Position numbers and translations under genes: made by a program. This document shows, in pieces, positions 25,378 to 40,590 of a DNA stretch of 56,811 nucleotides (its first letter is position 1; each line of letters opens with the position of its first letter). Source of the DNA: Ancylonema sp. (taxonomy: Eukaryota); NCBI GenBank assembly GCA_050230475.1, contig JBFLGF010000011.1, positions 62,001-118,811 on the forward strand, in the 5' to 3' direction. The notes beneath the pieces are model-generated. The model searched no databases and was not told the origin of the DNA. It saw only the letters and a list, made by a program, of their open reading frames with translations.

Positions 25378-25999
25378 ATTGTCGCCTGTTCAGTACATGT
25401 ACGGAATCATTCAGGAATCTCTAGTCAATGGTGTTTCCTACCAAACCGTTGAAAGCAGCAAAGATTTTAGACGTCTTCTGTACATTTGCAGCGCCTGCAA
25501 CGTGAGACAAAAACTTGAAGCCGAGGGCATGGGGCTGGAGAGCTGATTGACTGCCAGACTTCTCACGTGCCGGGAGCTCAACCTGAAGCTCCCGAACAAT
25601 ATTTTGCCGGTTTCTGCCGAAATTTTGTTTTTCTGCCAAATTTCTTCGAAAAGGAAGGATCGGCGTAAGGGTAGGGGTTTTTAGGCTTCAAGCCCCCCCC
25701 GGACCCAACCTCAAAAACCTTAATAACCTCAAAAACTTAGCAATTCTTCAAAACCTTCATTTCTTCATAATTATCATAGATGAGAATAAGTGCACGGTTT
25801 CGGGGCCAAATCATAGCGCTGAACTCATTTACGACCTTTAAACTTAGTGGTTTTGAACAAAATCTAGCGTTTCACACAAAAGTAAATACATAAAGATCTC
25901 CAAACCGTTCATTTACGTGCCTATGTGCCTATGTCCGAACCGTTCATTTTTGTTGCCTAGAGTAAGTTGCCTTGGAACCGTCATCCACTTTAGCGTGTG

Positions 26000-26897
<898 letters not shown>

Positions 26898-27019
26898 GTA
26901 ACTAGTTACGTGGCCTTTCAAGCCTTAGAACAAAACCACTTTTTGAGAGTTCTTTAGGGTCCGGAAATCAGAGGAGTTGATAACCTCAAAAATCAAAAAT
27001 CCCTTAATTAAGAAAAGAG

Positions 27020-28220
27020 GAGACGCATTTTATTAAAGCACGATGGGAACCCCATCTGAGTACAACACCAACGTTATCGTACCAACCTAACGGAACAAAA
27101 GAAGGAAAACTACCCCAACCCTAAAACAACCGAGCAACAATCCTTAACTCTGTTGACGACAATATCACCCGCGGAGGGGGGGGAGGTAACAGAGCCATAC
27201 CCTCTTCCAATCGCAATGTCCTAGCATGGATTGCATGTGCTAGAGAACGTTGTAAAGCAACAGAAACTCTCTGCCGAAACCAAGTAACTAACAAATTAAC
27301 ATTCCGCCCCGATCGCCCATTCAGTTGCGCCGCACGGTGGTGAGCACAATCCACCAATAACCGATTGCTTGCATCGGAAAGCGCACCATACGTCTCTAAC
27401 GCAAACGGGATAAACAACTTGGTCCCTGCCGCGCGATCACGATAGTGAGTTTCTTTGCGCCGTTTTGCATCTTCTGCGGCCACCAACCCTCGACAAGCCG
27501 CGCGATCCACCAAGTCAGTGGGGTGGGTGAGCAATGACCACATCCACCAAAATATGCCCCTCCACCACATCCGAAATAACAATATCCACTCGCCCCTCAC
27601 GACCGCCCGGAGCGGAGGACGGAAGAAACCCCGTACGTTCACATTGAACATGCTGACCCGACTCGCGGAGGATGTGATGTACGGAATCTCGCACCGAGTC
27701 ATGAGATGAAGTGCGCTCCACCCCTCGACTGCAGCGCATAAGATGCGTACCCAGGGCGTCCATAGAGTTGCCGCACGTGCACGTATCATAGGTAGCAAGG
27801 CAAGGGTGGGGAAACCCGAGGCGCACGCGCACGGCAGTAAGGAATAGGGGAGGGGGGATACGAAGGGAGGGAATGATGGGGGACGCCACCGGATCCACTA
27901 GCGGACCGAAGCCTCGCCCTGGATGTCGCGAGATCGGTGCTCGTCTAAAGGAATACTGTCCCACAAGCACCTCAAACGCAGCAGCGTGGGTAGCATCAAA
28001 AAGTGTCGGTTGCAAGTGAGGAATAGAAGCCACGGCCAAGGTGGCATATTGAGGCAGTGCCGCGCGAGCTGTTGGGTGAAGAAGCTCTCGCGCTTCTCGA
28101 AGCACAATCTGTGTTCGTAGACCTCCCTCGTCCACAGTGCTGAAAAACTGGCCGAATGATAAACCGTGCTGCTGGAAAGCTGATGCGAGTGCAGGCGCGG
28201 CGAGAGCATAAGAGCCAATA
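27020..28220 (-). mobile_element. 5'-truncated non-LTR retrotransposon with restriction-like endonuclease (CRE-like clade)
   Basis: CTCGNSMDALGTHLMRC (CCHC knuckle), SSHDSVRD, RVDIVI...LVDVVIAHP, RKETHY, FIPFALETYG, RQRVSVALQR. Frameshift at ~27520 and stop at 27121, followed by a short 3' UTR. Confidence 0.85.
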
Positions 28221-30131
28221 AGGATCTTACATTGCTTTAGTTTTGAAGTTTCTCCAACCCTACATCGGCGAGCCCCAACGAAATGAGCCCGACATGAAGC
28301 GTGGCTTTAACAAGCTCGGAGCGCAGATGAGGCCAATCTCCCTATATTATGAAGAGAGCACGGACTCGTTTTTGGACTCGAACAAGCACTATAACTTATC
28401 CCATAACAAAAACCAATCTAATCCCATATAAAAACCCACTATCTATAGTGACAATCGCTATAGTGACACGCATTACCGTATAAGACTACGGACAAGGATA
28501 GGATTTCATGACGCTAGAGATCGCTAAGGCGAAACCCCTCTAGATTGTTCAGAAACCCCTCTAGATCAATACTCTGATATAACGGGAGTATTCGATATAA
28601 CGACTTTCTAGAATTTGTACTTTGCTGAGAAAATAGTGAAGTACGAAATTTGTACGACTTGAAAATAACGCGTGGCGTATTTTCCGAAGTCTAGATGCGA
28701 AGTCTAGAATCCAGCAGTCTTCAACAAATAGCTGCGTGTCGATTTTGTTAAAATCACAAGTCCCTTTCGACCCGGCGAATAAATCCAGCCGTAGAACTAG
28801 AGTAATATCTCCCGCCGCTTTCATCGGAGCGCTGAGATAAATTGTAATGTTCTAGAAGCCAGCTTGTCGCTATCTTCGACAATTTAACTCTAGTTAACTC
28901 CGCCGATTAGCACCGCGCAATAACTTTGTGATAAAAGTCAATTTGTACTTTCAGATCTGCCAGCTTCCGCTGTCAGATTGCGCTGTTAAGAAATCCCTTC
29001 CAACATCTTCCGTGTTATCTGAATCCTTTGCAATTGTGATATTGCATCCCTTCGCTTACGCGACTTTGCAACGTGCTCGTTTTCTTTCGTCTCAGCCTGA
29101 CATCCGTCAGCCAGACGGTAAGTTCTGCAAATCATTCTTTGCAATCTCTGTGTGTGTGTATTTGTGATTCATCTGAATTTGTTGCTGACGCTCTTTCTGA
29201 GCCAGCCTTGCTATCGACTGTAATTTATTACATCGATTCGCTGACGCTCACTCTGAGCCAGCACGCGTGCGTGTGTGTGTGAAAAGCATCTGTCGATTTG
29301 CCTGTGTACGCTCCGAACCGGCAATTTCATTTGTGTGTGTGTGTGTGTGTGTTTGTTGTCGCTCGCTCCGAGCCAGCATTTGTTGTTTACACCTGTGTGC
29401 TGACGCTCTTTCTGAGTCCGCATCTTTTATCGACGCGCCGTCGATACTTTGCTTTCGCACCGAAAGTAACTCTTACGGTTGTTAACCTTGATAGTCTGCT
29501 CCATACTATCTTGTTTGCTTTCTAGTATTTTCACAAACTTTTGTACTATAAACCATCTGTTAGCTCGCCCTCGGCGTTCGGCGTTAAGTAGTTAATTTCA
29601 CCAGACGTGTGATAGATATAATATTGATATTTCAGCAGAGACTCAATCTGCAAAACTACTTAGTGAGAGCAGCCGGACCACCAAGTCCACTTGAGACCAT
29701 TCGATCACCTACAAACATCATCGATACCATCCCAGTCGACATCATCGCTACTCCACCGCGAGCTTTACCACATGCATCATTCTGAGAAACATCCGGGAAC
29801 AAAGGTGACAAAGTATGAGGAATGCACTATTCCGGGCGGCCGACTCCAAACAGCACGTCAAGGGAACAGCGGAGAGGCTCATGGAGCGACTTAAGGAATA
29901 TTAATCTTGACCCGGCTTTTTGGCCTAACGGGGAATTGTAATTAATGTCGAGGTCTTTAAACCTGGCCGGCACGATATTAATATTGCGATGTCACTGTAG
30001 CGAGTGGATATTAGAAACGCCGTTTAGATGAGCCACCTCCCTTTCAAAAATACACAATAAAATAGAGGAGTATAATGTTTATTAACATTATAACAAGAAT
30101 ATGTGGTCATAAACCATGTCGATCTCTCTAT

Positions 30132-30172
30132 AATATTCTGGTCGTCTAGAAATTCTAGACGACCAGAATATT
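30132..30172. repeat. Perfect 41 bp palindrome (20-1-20)
   Basis: AATATTCTGGTCGTCTAGAA-A-TTCTAGACGACCAGAATATT. Confidence 0.95.
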
Positions 30173-31774
30173 CAAGACTAGAATGTATAGAAAGTTTATA
30201 TATATTGGAAGCGTGTATGTATTTGAAGCGTTTTGATAGGAAGATGTCAAGTCAGATTCGCATCCGTTTACCATTTCATTCACTTTCACCGTTTGCCATC
30301 TCCAAAGATGTTAGGCGGTAGAGCTGACGTCCAACTTGATATTACATCTAATGATCTAACCTGATGAATATAATGAAACACAACTCGCCATATTGACTTG
30401 GCAAAGAAAACCTAGTGAAAACAGAGTGGATCCACTTCTTTGCAAGAAGTGAACACATATTACGCAACTATAAGCATTCCTAGGTTGTCATAGCTTTTTT
30501 AATATATTTTTTGCGCATTTTTTTACATCGCAGAAGGCAAAACGATTCATGTTTTTTTTATTTTTTGACTAAAACCTCCACGGGAAACCTCTCAAAACCC
30601 CAATAAACTGAAATTAGTCTTAATCCGTCGGTCAGGCATGTGGACATTTAAGGACGGCCCTCACTCCGTGATCGGGACTATTCCGACCCGCCGGTCCGTG
30701 CAACTACGGTTTTCCGTCACCCGCCATAAGTATCTTCGACATAATATATCTTCCCGAGACGCCGTCACCCACATTTTCTCATGCTTGCGCGAAAAAAATA
30801 ACGTGCAGACATGCGGCTACACACGTTATGACATTCACTTGGTACATTCTCTGCATGTAGTTACCTTTGCTCCTTGCCACAACGATAATTACTAGACATT
30901 ACATACTCGTCCTTGCGACCGTCGATATAGTCACCATATATCCCCGCCGTTCGTAAAAATGTGAACTTATCAAGAGTTCTTTGTAGTGTAGTTCAATCCA
31001 AATCGTCACGTGTGCTATTACATCCTCTTGTTACAATTCCAGTTACGTTTTTTAAAAAGGAATAATGACTTTCTCATTAAAAGTTTTTAAACCAGATGTA
31101 TAACCCGGTACGAAGTAAGGCACGCGAGTGTTGTGGATGAGTGGTTCCCGTCCATATGTGTAGTGGGAAAATACACCTCCAAGATATGATTGGGGAGAAA
31201 CGACCCACCTTTATAAAAGAGTGGAACAGTCCCGTCGACGAGGGGGGTGAATGAACATTTTAATGCATGATCCGATCCACAAGTTTTTTTACCTTCTGTT
31301 GTCTTATTTTCTTTATTGATTAATCTGTATCACCTCCAGACTACCGTAGCGGGGTAACCGCCTTCATCGGCAAAACATTTTACTATAACCCCGCTCCTTT
31401 CCCCTACATGTATTTTTTTGGTTACATCTTCGCCAACCCCCAACTCTTATATGGCTCTCATTTCACACATTTGTTTTTTTGCATGCGAGCCCCCAAGGTA
31501 TTCATATTGAATTACAATTAAAAAGCTTTTTCGGAGTTCATTTCCTTGGCACCCTAGTAATTCTGAAGTGGAGAATCATGTCTTGCTGCAATGATAAAAC
31601 TTGATAAGAGTTCAAAAAAATATGAGTACTCACAACCTTTCAAGGTGACTAACTACTCGGTGTATGCCCAATAAAAATGACGATCACTACTCTATGATAT
31701 GAAAATCATTCTACAATTTGCTCCGTTCTTGCGTCGCTTTTTAACACCTACTCGTATTGTCACCCGTTACCAAC

Positions 31775-34418
31775 TTAAAGTGCACTTGCCACACGAAGTT
31801 CCTCCCTCGGTTCTTCTATATATTCTTCCCTTCCACTCAAAGCAACCATAGGCTCGGCCTCAACCTCTTCATCTAGAAAACTAGGGGGCTTTGGTGTCAA
31901 GCCGAGTCTCATAAACATTTTCTCGTCCGCTCCCGCCTCGTTGTTGGGGGTAGTCAACAACTTTTCGCCGGTGAAGATGGAGTTTGCCCCTGCCATGAAG
32001 CAGAGTGCTTGCTCTGATTCCTTTAGGTGCACCCTCCCAGCACTAAGCCGGACCATAGCTTGTGGCATTACAATACGGGCGGTTCCAATCATACGCACCA
32101 TTTCCCACCATTTGACAGGCTCTTGCGTCTCTAGAGGAGTGCCTGGCACTGCTAGTAGGGCGTTGATGGGAACACTCTCCGGGTGTTCAGGTAAAGTCGC
32201 AAGCGTATGAAGCAGACCGACACGGTCTTTTTCCTCCTCGCCAAGCCCAATAATGCCACCTGGTTGTGGAGGAAGAGGAGGGAAGAGTTAGCTTCGAAGC
32301 ACACACACCAACATGTGCACCTTGTTATGTTACAGGCACACAACCATAAACGCTGCAGCATATCACAAGGACAGGACGACAGCTTGGCACAACGGCCTCA
32401 CGGCCTCGCTTAGTCTTCACTGAGAAGGCAATGGATCCGGAGGGTTGACTCAGTAGCCACGTCCTTCCAAACCTCTTCTCCGTCTGTAAGTCCGTAGCCC
32501 CGTGTGTGATGACACGAATGTTCCCCTTTCTCAACATCCGACCCCCTATACACCCTCCCCACTCACCAGAGCATACTGAAATTCCTGCTGCACGAACCAT
32601 AGCCAACGTCTCCAACCTCTCATCATAACTCCGGGTGGTGATCACAGAAGGGTAGAATTCCCGCGAGGTGTCCAGGTTGTGATTATATGCTGTCAGGCCT
32701 GCTTGCTTCAGTGCCTTGGCTTGGGCATCTTCCAGCATGCCGAGAGTGCAGCAGACCTCCATGCCCATGCCCCTGAGCCTCCATCCAGACATCTATTCAG
32801 TGAGAGCCTCAAGTAGACCACTTTGACCCCTCAATCAGACACTGGTGTGGAGAAGAAGCAGATGGCAACATCTCCGAAAACAGCACTTCGAGAGAGGCGA
32901 AGAAGGAACATGATACGGCGGGGGTCTTGAAAGCAGCACGAAGAACGCCAGGGCTATAGTAAAGTCGATCTGACATTTCACAGGATTCACAATTGATCTG
33001 CCCCCGCATAATTCAAAAGTCCATCCAGTTCTTAGAGTACCTCTTTGCCCTCACCTGATTGCCGAAACATTGTCAAGAATATGTTGGAATTGTGTTTTCC
33101 GCCCCTTGGTGTCTCGCCATGCTGCTCCCATGCAGAACCGTGTGCTGCCAGCCTCTTTAGCCTGCATCCAATGATTCTTGACCGTCAAACAAAAATGGGC
33201 TCCTACAGCGTCAACAACAGATTCGAACTAGTTACAAGACGCTGCAGGATCTTCTGCTCCTAATCTCCATACAACTCCTTAGCTGCATCCCTATACTTCA
33301 GATTGTCATGCTGACACAGTCCAGGGTGGCGTGTTGAACTGAACCGAACCGAAAGCTTTGGGATACATTGGTGGCTGTTCTGTTTACGGTTCAAACGACC
33401 ATTCGTAGGTTCTTCTGGTGTGCACCTTTTTGGCTGCCTCCAGAATCGTGTTGTCTGGTAGCATCTTGGAGGCTGTAACTGGTGTATCGTAGCGGGATGA
33501 CTGAGGACAGTATGAACAGTCTTCAGAGCAACCCCCCGTCTTGATCGACAGCAGTGTGCACTGCTGGACTTCCCTAAATCGGTGCTTGGATCTATGCACA
33601 CGCGCCTGCACACGGCACAAATCGTGGCTCGCAAAGCTTAGTTCCGCATCATGGTGCGAATTTCAAACACAGAGCCACTTCAAAAGCATATCAACTCAGC
33701 GGCTGGCACAGCTTACGTATTAGCATCGCGAGACAGCATGCAATGCGCAGTCGCCCGCACTTAAAAACGAAGTAGCAGACAGTAGAGATGATGGCAACAC
33801 GTTGAACGAGACTGGTCGCCTACGCAGAAGATTCAGCTTCTGTCAACGAAACCCTCTGAACTTTGATTGTGTTATCAGTTCGATTTTACTTCCTTAGTAT
33901 TCCTCACAGTATTTTTATATCATGACAAAATAGACCGTAGTCCTGTCGCTTTTTTGCTAGGCATTCTATTCTCGTAATGAATACTGTGATCTAACAGCAT
34001 TGCCATTCTCACGGAGTCCGATAGGTCAGATCATAATTTTCAGCAATAACTCTGTGACTGTCCACTAGCTGCCACGCTCAATGTGAGAACATAGCGCTCG
34101 CTATGTGCCAACTCGACTGCAGGGTGTATTGTTACGTTTAAGTAATGGTTTATTATTATATATATATTTCAGTATTACCCCGTGGAAGATGAGGTCCATC
34201 AGTGGCGAGTCATAGATGCTCTGAATCTCCTCCCGGCTCCAGTCATTTCGAGGCGCATTCTGCACCGCCCAGTCAGCGGCGCGAGCAGCTGAGGAGTCAG
34301 CGTTACTGGGCGAAGATTCGCCCATTGTTGCGAAAGTAGCCGCTGACTGACTGGCACATCGAGGAGACAAGCGTGAAATGTTGAGAAATACAGTGGGTAA
34401 ACGCCTCGCCATTATCAT
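31775..34418 (-). CDS. BIO2: Biotin synthase (radical SAM), probably mitochondrial. Five exons: ~34418-34179, 33607-33426, 33161-33056, 32772-32567, 32259-31775
   Basis: [21 protein letters not shown] (CxxxCxxC), [60 protein letters not shown]. The R/S-rich N-terminus looks like a presequence. Confidence 0.96.
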
Positions 34419-34937
34419 GGCAGTTTGCTCTCTGATAGAATCAAGCGGCCAATTGTTTGGCTAGAAGACTGAAGTGGTATTAAACGCAAGAATGTTGATA
34501 ACGGAAATTTGTCGGGCGTCACGACTGAAAGGATAACAGGGTTGGATGTACGCTTGAAGTCTGGAACGCCCACTTCTTCCTTGTTCTCGGATTCTTGTGA
34601 TCCGTCAGCCGGTGAAGGTTGCTGCCCAGCCGGTGGAAGGCTAAACAGAAAGTGACAGCAAGTGCCAGCTCGGACGAAGGCAACATTTTCCCCGACGAGT
34701 CGGGTTTCGGGCCGAGTCGGTTCTCGTGTGCCGAGTAAATGAATTTAGACAGGTTATCATTGTAATCATTCTGATATCAATCCATGAAGGTTTTATTGTA
34801 ACACTGCGACCACCCGACAGGGAACCTGCGGAGGTTACATGGCATGTACATGATGATAGCACATATGAACATATCATTTGCGAAGTTGGCTTTTAGTACA
34901 CTTCTTTCGTCTCGGTTAAGACCTTTTGTCTTACGTG
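34419..34937. promoter_or_regulatory. Short divergent intergenic region, likely a bidirectional promoter (BIO2 / Psb27-H2)
   Basis: Start codons are ~520 bp apart, head-to-head, with no TE recognised between them. Confidence 0.55.
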
Positions 34938-36275
34938 ATGGCTTTTAATTCGCGGTTTCTGCTCGCGTGTAATGATGCTTGCACAAAGACGGGTGTTGGA
35001 GACTATCATAATTTCCGCCATGCTGGGCCAGGAAGACCCCGCGTGCATAAGCCCACCTCCAAGCTGATACTTTCGAGTGGCTACAAAAGAAATTTCGGGT
35101 TCGTACCCGCTGAAAATTCGAGTGTTTCGACCTCAACCTCGCTATTTCTGCCCCACGCCCGGGCCGATGAACCGTCTCGCTTCTCTGAGAAAGTACATTT
35201 AAAAGCTGGTATTTCTACTGGCCAATTAGATATGACTTCCGATAACTCCCGCAGCCCCTCTCTTGTCTCCCCTCTTCTGCCTTTCCACCTGACATTGATT
35301 GCATTCTGCCAGTTGGCGGCTCCACAGTGGTCGGCAGTAAATGAAGCCTTCGCAGAGCAGCTGCAGCCACCCGCAACCCTTCGTTCTGAGCCCAGTATTC
35401 AACCGAGCGCCATGCAGAATCTTCTGTCCGCGTTTGATTCTTCTGAAGTGTTGCCCTCGGGCACGAAGCTTCCAAAAGAGTACCTCGCAACTGCTCGGGA
35501 GGTGGTTCGAACTCTACGTGAATCTTTGAGTACCGATTATGGATCAGATTCGGGATTTCGAAAGTCTGCTGACGCTGCCAAAACGGCCATTCGTAGTTAC
35601 ATTGGGAGGTGGAGAAATTCTCCACTTGTATCTGGGGAGGTGAGTCTTAAGGGGGGCTGTCCAATGGCTGGTGACCACGTGTGTTTGCCGAGATGATGTC
35701 TGGCCGCTTGAAGGCCAACAATATTCATGGTCTTTCATGCGAAAAAATAAAACCCGAGCTTCTGATAATTTGATTATTTCTTCAAACATGTGCACTTTTT
35801 TGTCAAGATGAGGATGTGTTTGTATGTGCATGATGCCTTAGTGTTTTCTTGAATGAATGGACGAATTACTTGGACGAATATGGTTGCCTATAACTTGAAG
35901 CGAATCTTTGTATGTCTACATACACTCACGTATACATATTTGTATATTTTCATGTGTGCCTTTGCAATGTGTGCCCAGACAACTCGGAAATTGAATGTGA
36001 ACATTACGGAAAAGCATGACAAGTCAAGGGATGCATGACTACAGTGCAGAAACCCTCCACATACGGCCATTCCTTGTGGCATATATCAAATCATTTGTTC
36101 ATGTTTTCATGTGTTTGGTGTTGATGATGTCACGCAGGAATCTTATCGAGCGATAGAAGTCGCTCTTAGAGAGCTAGGGGCGTTTTACAGCAAAAGTGGG
36201 CCGAGTGCAGCGATGCCAAACGATGTCAAGGAACGTGTTATGTTTTCTCTCAACCAAGCTGAAGTTGATCTTTGA
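34938..36275 (+). CDS. PSB27-H2: Psb27-H2/LPA19 photosystem II D1 precursor processing protein. Exons 34938-35639 and 36138-36275
   Basis: SGTKLPKEYLATAREVVRTLRESL...FRKSADAAKTAIRSYI..W....GE|ESYRAIEVALRELGAFYSKSGPSAAMPNDVK...AEVDL*. Transit peptide with a hydrophobic stretch and an AxA (EAFA) lumenal cleavage motif. GT-AG intron. Confidence 0.9.
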
Positions 36276-36397
36276 TGTGCTCATCACATCAATCTCATGA
36301 ACAAGAATTCGCTTTCACACTTGTATCACTCAATCACTCTAATCATTTATGAACATATTGTTTCTTACGCTATATTCTTGTATTTACATACACACAT

Positions 36398-37720
<1,323 letters not shown>

Positions 37721-39724
37721 GCATATATGCTCAAGAGGCACACCCACTCTAGTGTGGATCGATATACCAACACCTGAAGGTTTAAATACGGCATCGCCAC
37801 GACATAAATACATGTGAACTTAGTGCCAGAAAGGGTTTAAAAAGCTACCGTAGTCATAACGAAAATCTCTCGCTAAGAATAGGTTTGAGGAGTTAATGAA
37901 TCATATCGCTCCATGCTCAATGCTGGTGTCCGAAACACGTATTTTTCCGAGAAAGATCAACAAAGTGAATCCGGTTGATTGTTGCGACTCTGGGCGCCGG
38001 GATTGGAATCTGGCCATGGTTTTGTGCGATGTGTGTGCTAGAAAGGGTATCATTTGTGGTGTGTGAATCCTGCGTTTGCGGAGGTGCCTCATTATTGTCC
38101 ACCTTTCACCCCACTCAAGCTAAAGAAAACAAAGAACATCCTGTCATATTGGTGGGGGTAGTGTACTCTTATTGTGTCTGAGGTGTGGGTTGTGTATTGG
38201 TTGGAGAGCACGGTAAGAGGATGATGAATCGGGGGAGAAGGAGAAAGGGGTACAATTGGGGATGCTCAGGTCTAAGGAGTACGCTTGGGGTGATAGCTAT
38301 GCCGGGTCATTCTGCCAAGGGTGGCCACATTACCATTTTTTGAGTCCCATCCATATGTGTACGACAATCTCAAGGGTTATCAATCGGATGCAACTCGACA
38401 TCAATTCAAAATGAGAGCGTCGGGTGCGATTTCACCCCGAAGCGTATACACTCGTTCAACTGATCAAAAATGTCGTCTTTGCAAATGATGGACCTTCGAT
38501 TTACCTATAACTTCCAAGTCACTCATCTTATGGATGCTGGTACAGAAGTTCATGGTATAAACAAATCATGAATGGAAAACATCGTTTGAAGAAGTTCTAC
38601 GGATAACGCAAGAGGTGATCTCAAAATATCATCGCGTATATATCGATTACAATTACACGTTATAATTTACGGTACACAATTATTACACATTGCAGATATC
38701 GATAGAATTGCTACGGCCACCTTATGAGAATGTGGCATGTAAGGTCGACAAGTGAAGCACCAAATCTCGCGCACAGCGCAGGCTCGCAATTTGGAGCTCA
38801 AAGATTACTAAGCGGGGATGGAAGGTGTGGCGATGCGTAACTCAGATTAGTGTGGCTCGGAATAATATGTAAAGGGGAGTTATAAGATGAGGGCAATACT
38901 CAAGCAATCTCCACGCTTATCACATTTGACGTGCAAGATTATGTCAATAGGGTAAACATGACATCGGTGACATCGACAGTCGATGTTGACATAAAAACTT
39001 GCAAATGATCGTCTGGTAAGTGTATTCGTCGATGAAGCATAATGTATGATGTAAGGGTCATTTGTTGTAATTTCTTCCTTCGGACTCGTAACCTCAGGCG
39101 ACCAAATTTGGGTCAGCTTGAGGTAAAAGAAAATAAGGCAATTTCTACCCTCAGACTTGGGTAACCTAAGGCAAATATTGTAGGAGTTGGGAGTGTAGTC
39201 ACAATCTGATGCGTGAAGGCGAGATGGGAAAAACGTAGATTTAACCAAGACAATCCGACATTTCCATGTTACATTTGTGAAATATTTAAATTCCAAATCT
39301 TGCTCCAAATCTGGGATGATGGATTGGATGGAGAAGTTGATGATGATGCCTCACTTATGGCATCTACAATTGGCCGAGGTGGAATTGGTCGTCGTGTGAA
39401 CAAAAGTGACGTTGTTTTCGGTGACAACGGAATTTTTGAAGAGTGTACTCCAACAATGACGTGCCAAATGGAGTTGGTAGACAACTTGTCGACGAAATCT
39501 CTCAAAAACAAAGAAATCGTTAGATTTCTGCAAAATCTGCAAAACATTAATTTATATGTTTTCTTAGCCAACGATAATGACGGATGGTGCTTGATGACTG
39601 GGGTGCTCGTCTTGGGTTAGCAAATCAGGATTGAGCTTCGGGTCATCATCTGAATCTCACTAGAGTTGTATTTGTAGGTTGATTTCTTACTGATAACACT
39701 TGATTGGGATTCTGGCGTTGTATG

Positions 39725-40590
39725 CTGGGTTGCACAATACGCAATACGTTATCAATACGCTAGGGTCACAATACGCCGTATTTCGCGTATTAAAAAAATC
39801 GCGATTTGAAAATACGCGTATTGTCAATAAATATGCGTTTTCCCACCATTTTAGACCCCACACATATCCGGAAGTAGGATGGTAACATCGGGTGCCTAAT
39901 CTAAATCGAATTGGCCATCAAATACAGGAGACATATTTATCCTTAAAATGCATGATAGGCGCATGACCAATCTATGTGCAATTGTTTTATTCATTTTGTT
40001 CGTGCGAGAATGGGGCATTATTTAGTAGACCCACTCTTCTCATCTTTTCTCTTCTCTAAATTTGATTGAATGTGCACACGCTTTTATCAATCTTTACTCC
40101 TTTTTCGTTTTTACTAGTCCCAAAAATGAATCAATCGTGGCTTCCGTTTTTAATTGAGTATGGTAATTAAAAAAGTGAAATACTAGGATCTAGTAACGAA
40201 TGCAATACCTAAGTCCAAGAAAAAATGATTCACAATAACAATTTTATGAGTCCTACTTTTACTTCTACTCATAGTTTTATTGCTCCTATTATTAACTTAA
40301 TTTTGGACGGTCGGATAAGGTTTACTAGCGAGAATGAAGATGGTTTTTTCCGTGCGATGTATTATCGAATAAATTTCACTTTCGCTAGTTCACTTTCAAA
40401 CGATGTGGACCTCGCTATGTTGTTTGCCTCCGAAAAAATCAGCCATACCTGCAATTACATACCGAAAATTAATGCAAATTTAAAATTTAGCGTATTTTTA
40501 AGCGTATTTCATCGTATGAATACGCTGGGAGCACAATACACGTATTTAGCGTATGATAACTCAACGTTTTGTGCGTATTGTGCAACCCAG
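39725..40590. mobile_element. hAT-type non-autonomous element
   Basis: Perfect 19 bp TIRs CTGGGTTGCACAATACGCA / TGCGTATTGTGCAACCCAG, perfect 8 bp TSD GTTGTATG on both sides, and subterminal AATACGC/GCGTATT repeats. Confidence 0.93.

Noticed and set aside
31080..31560. Possible solo LTR downstream of BIO2
   Set aside because: No convincing TG...CA termini with a TSD and no second copy in the window.
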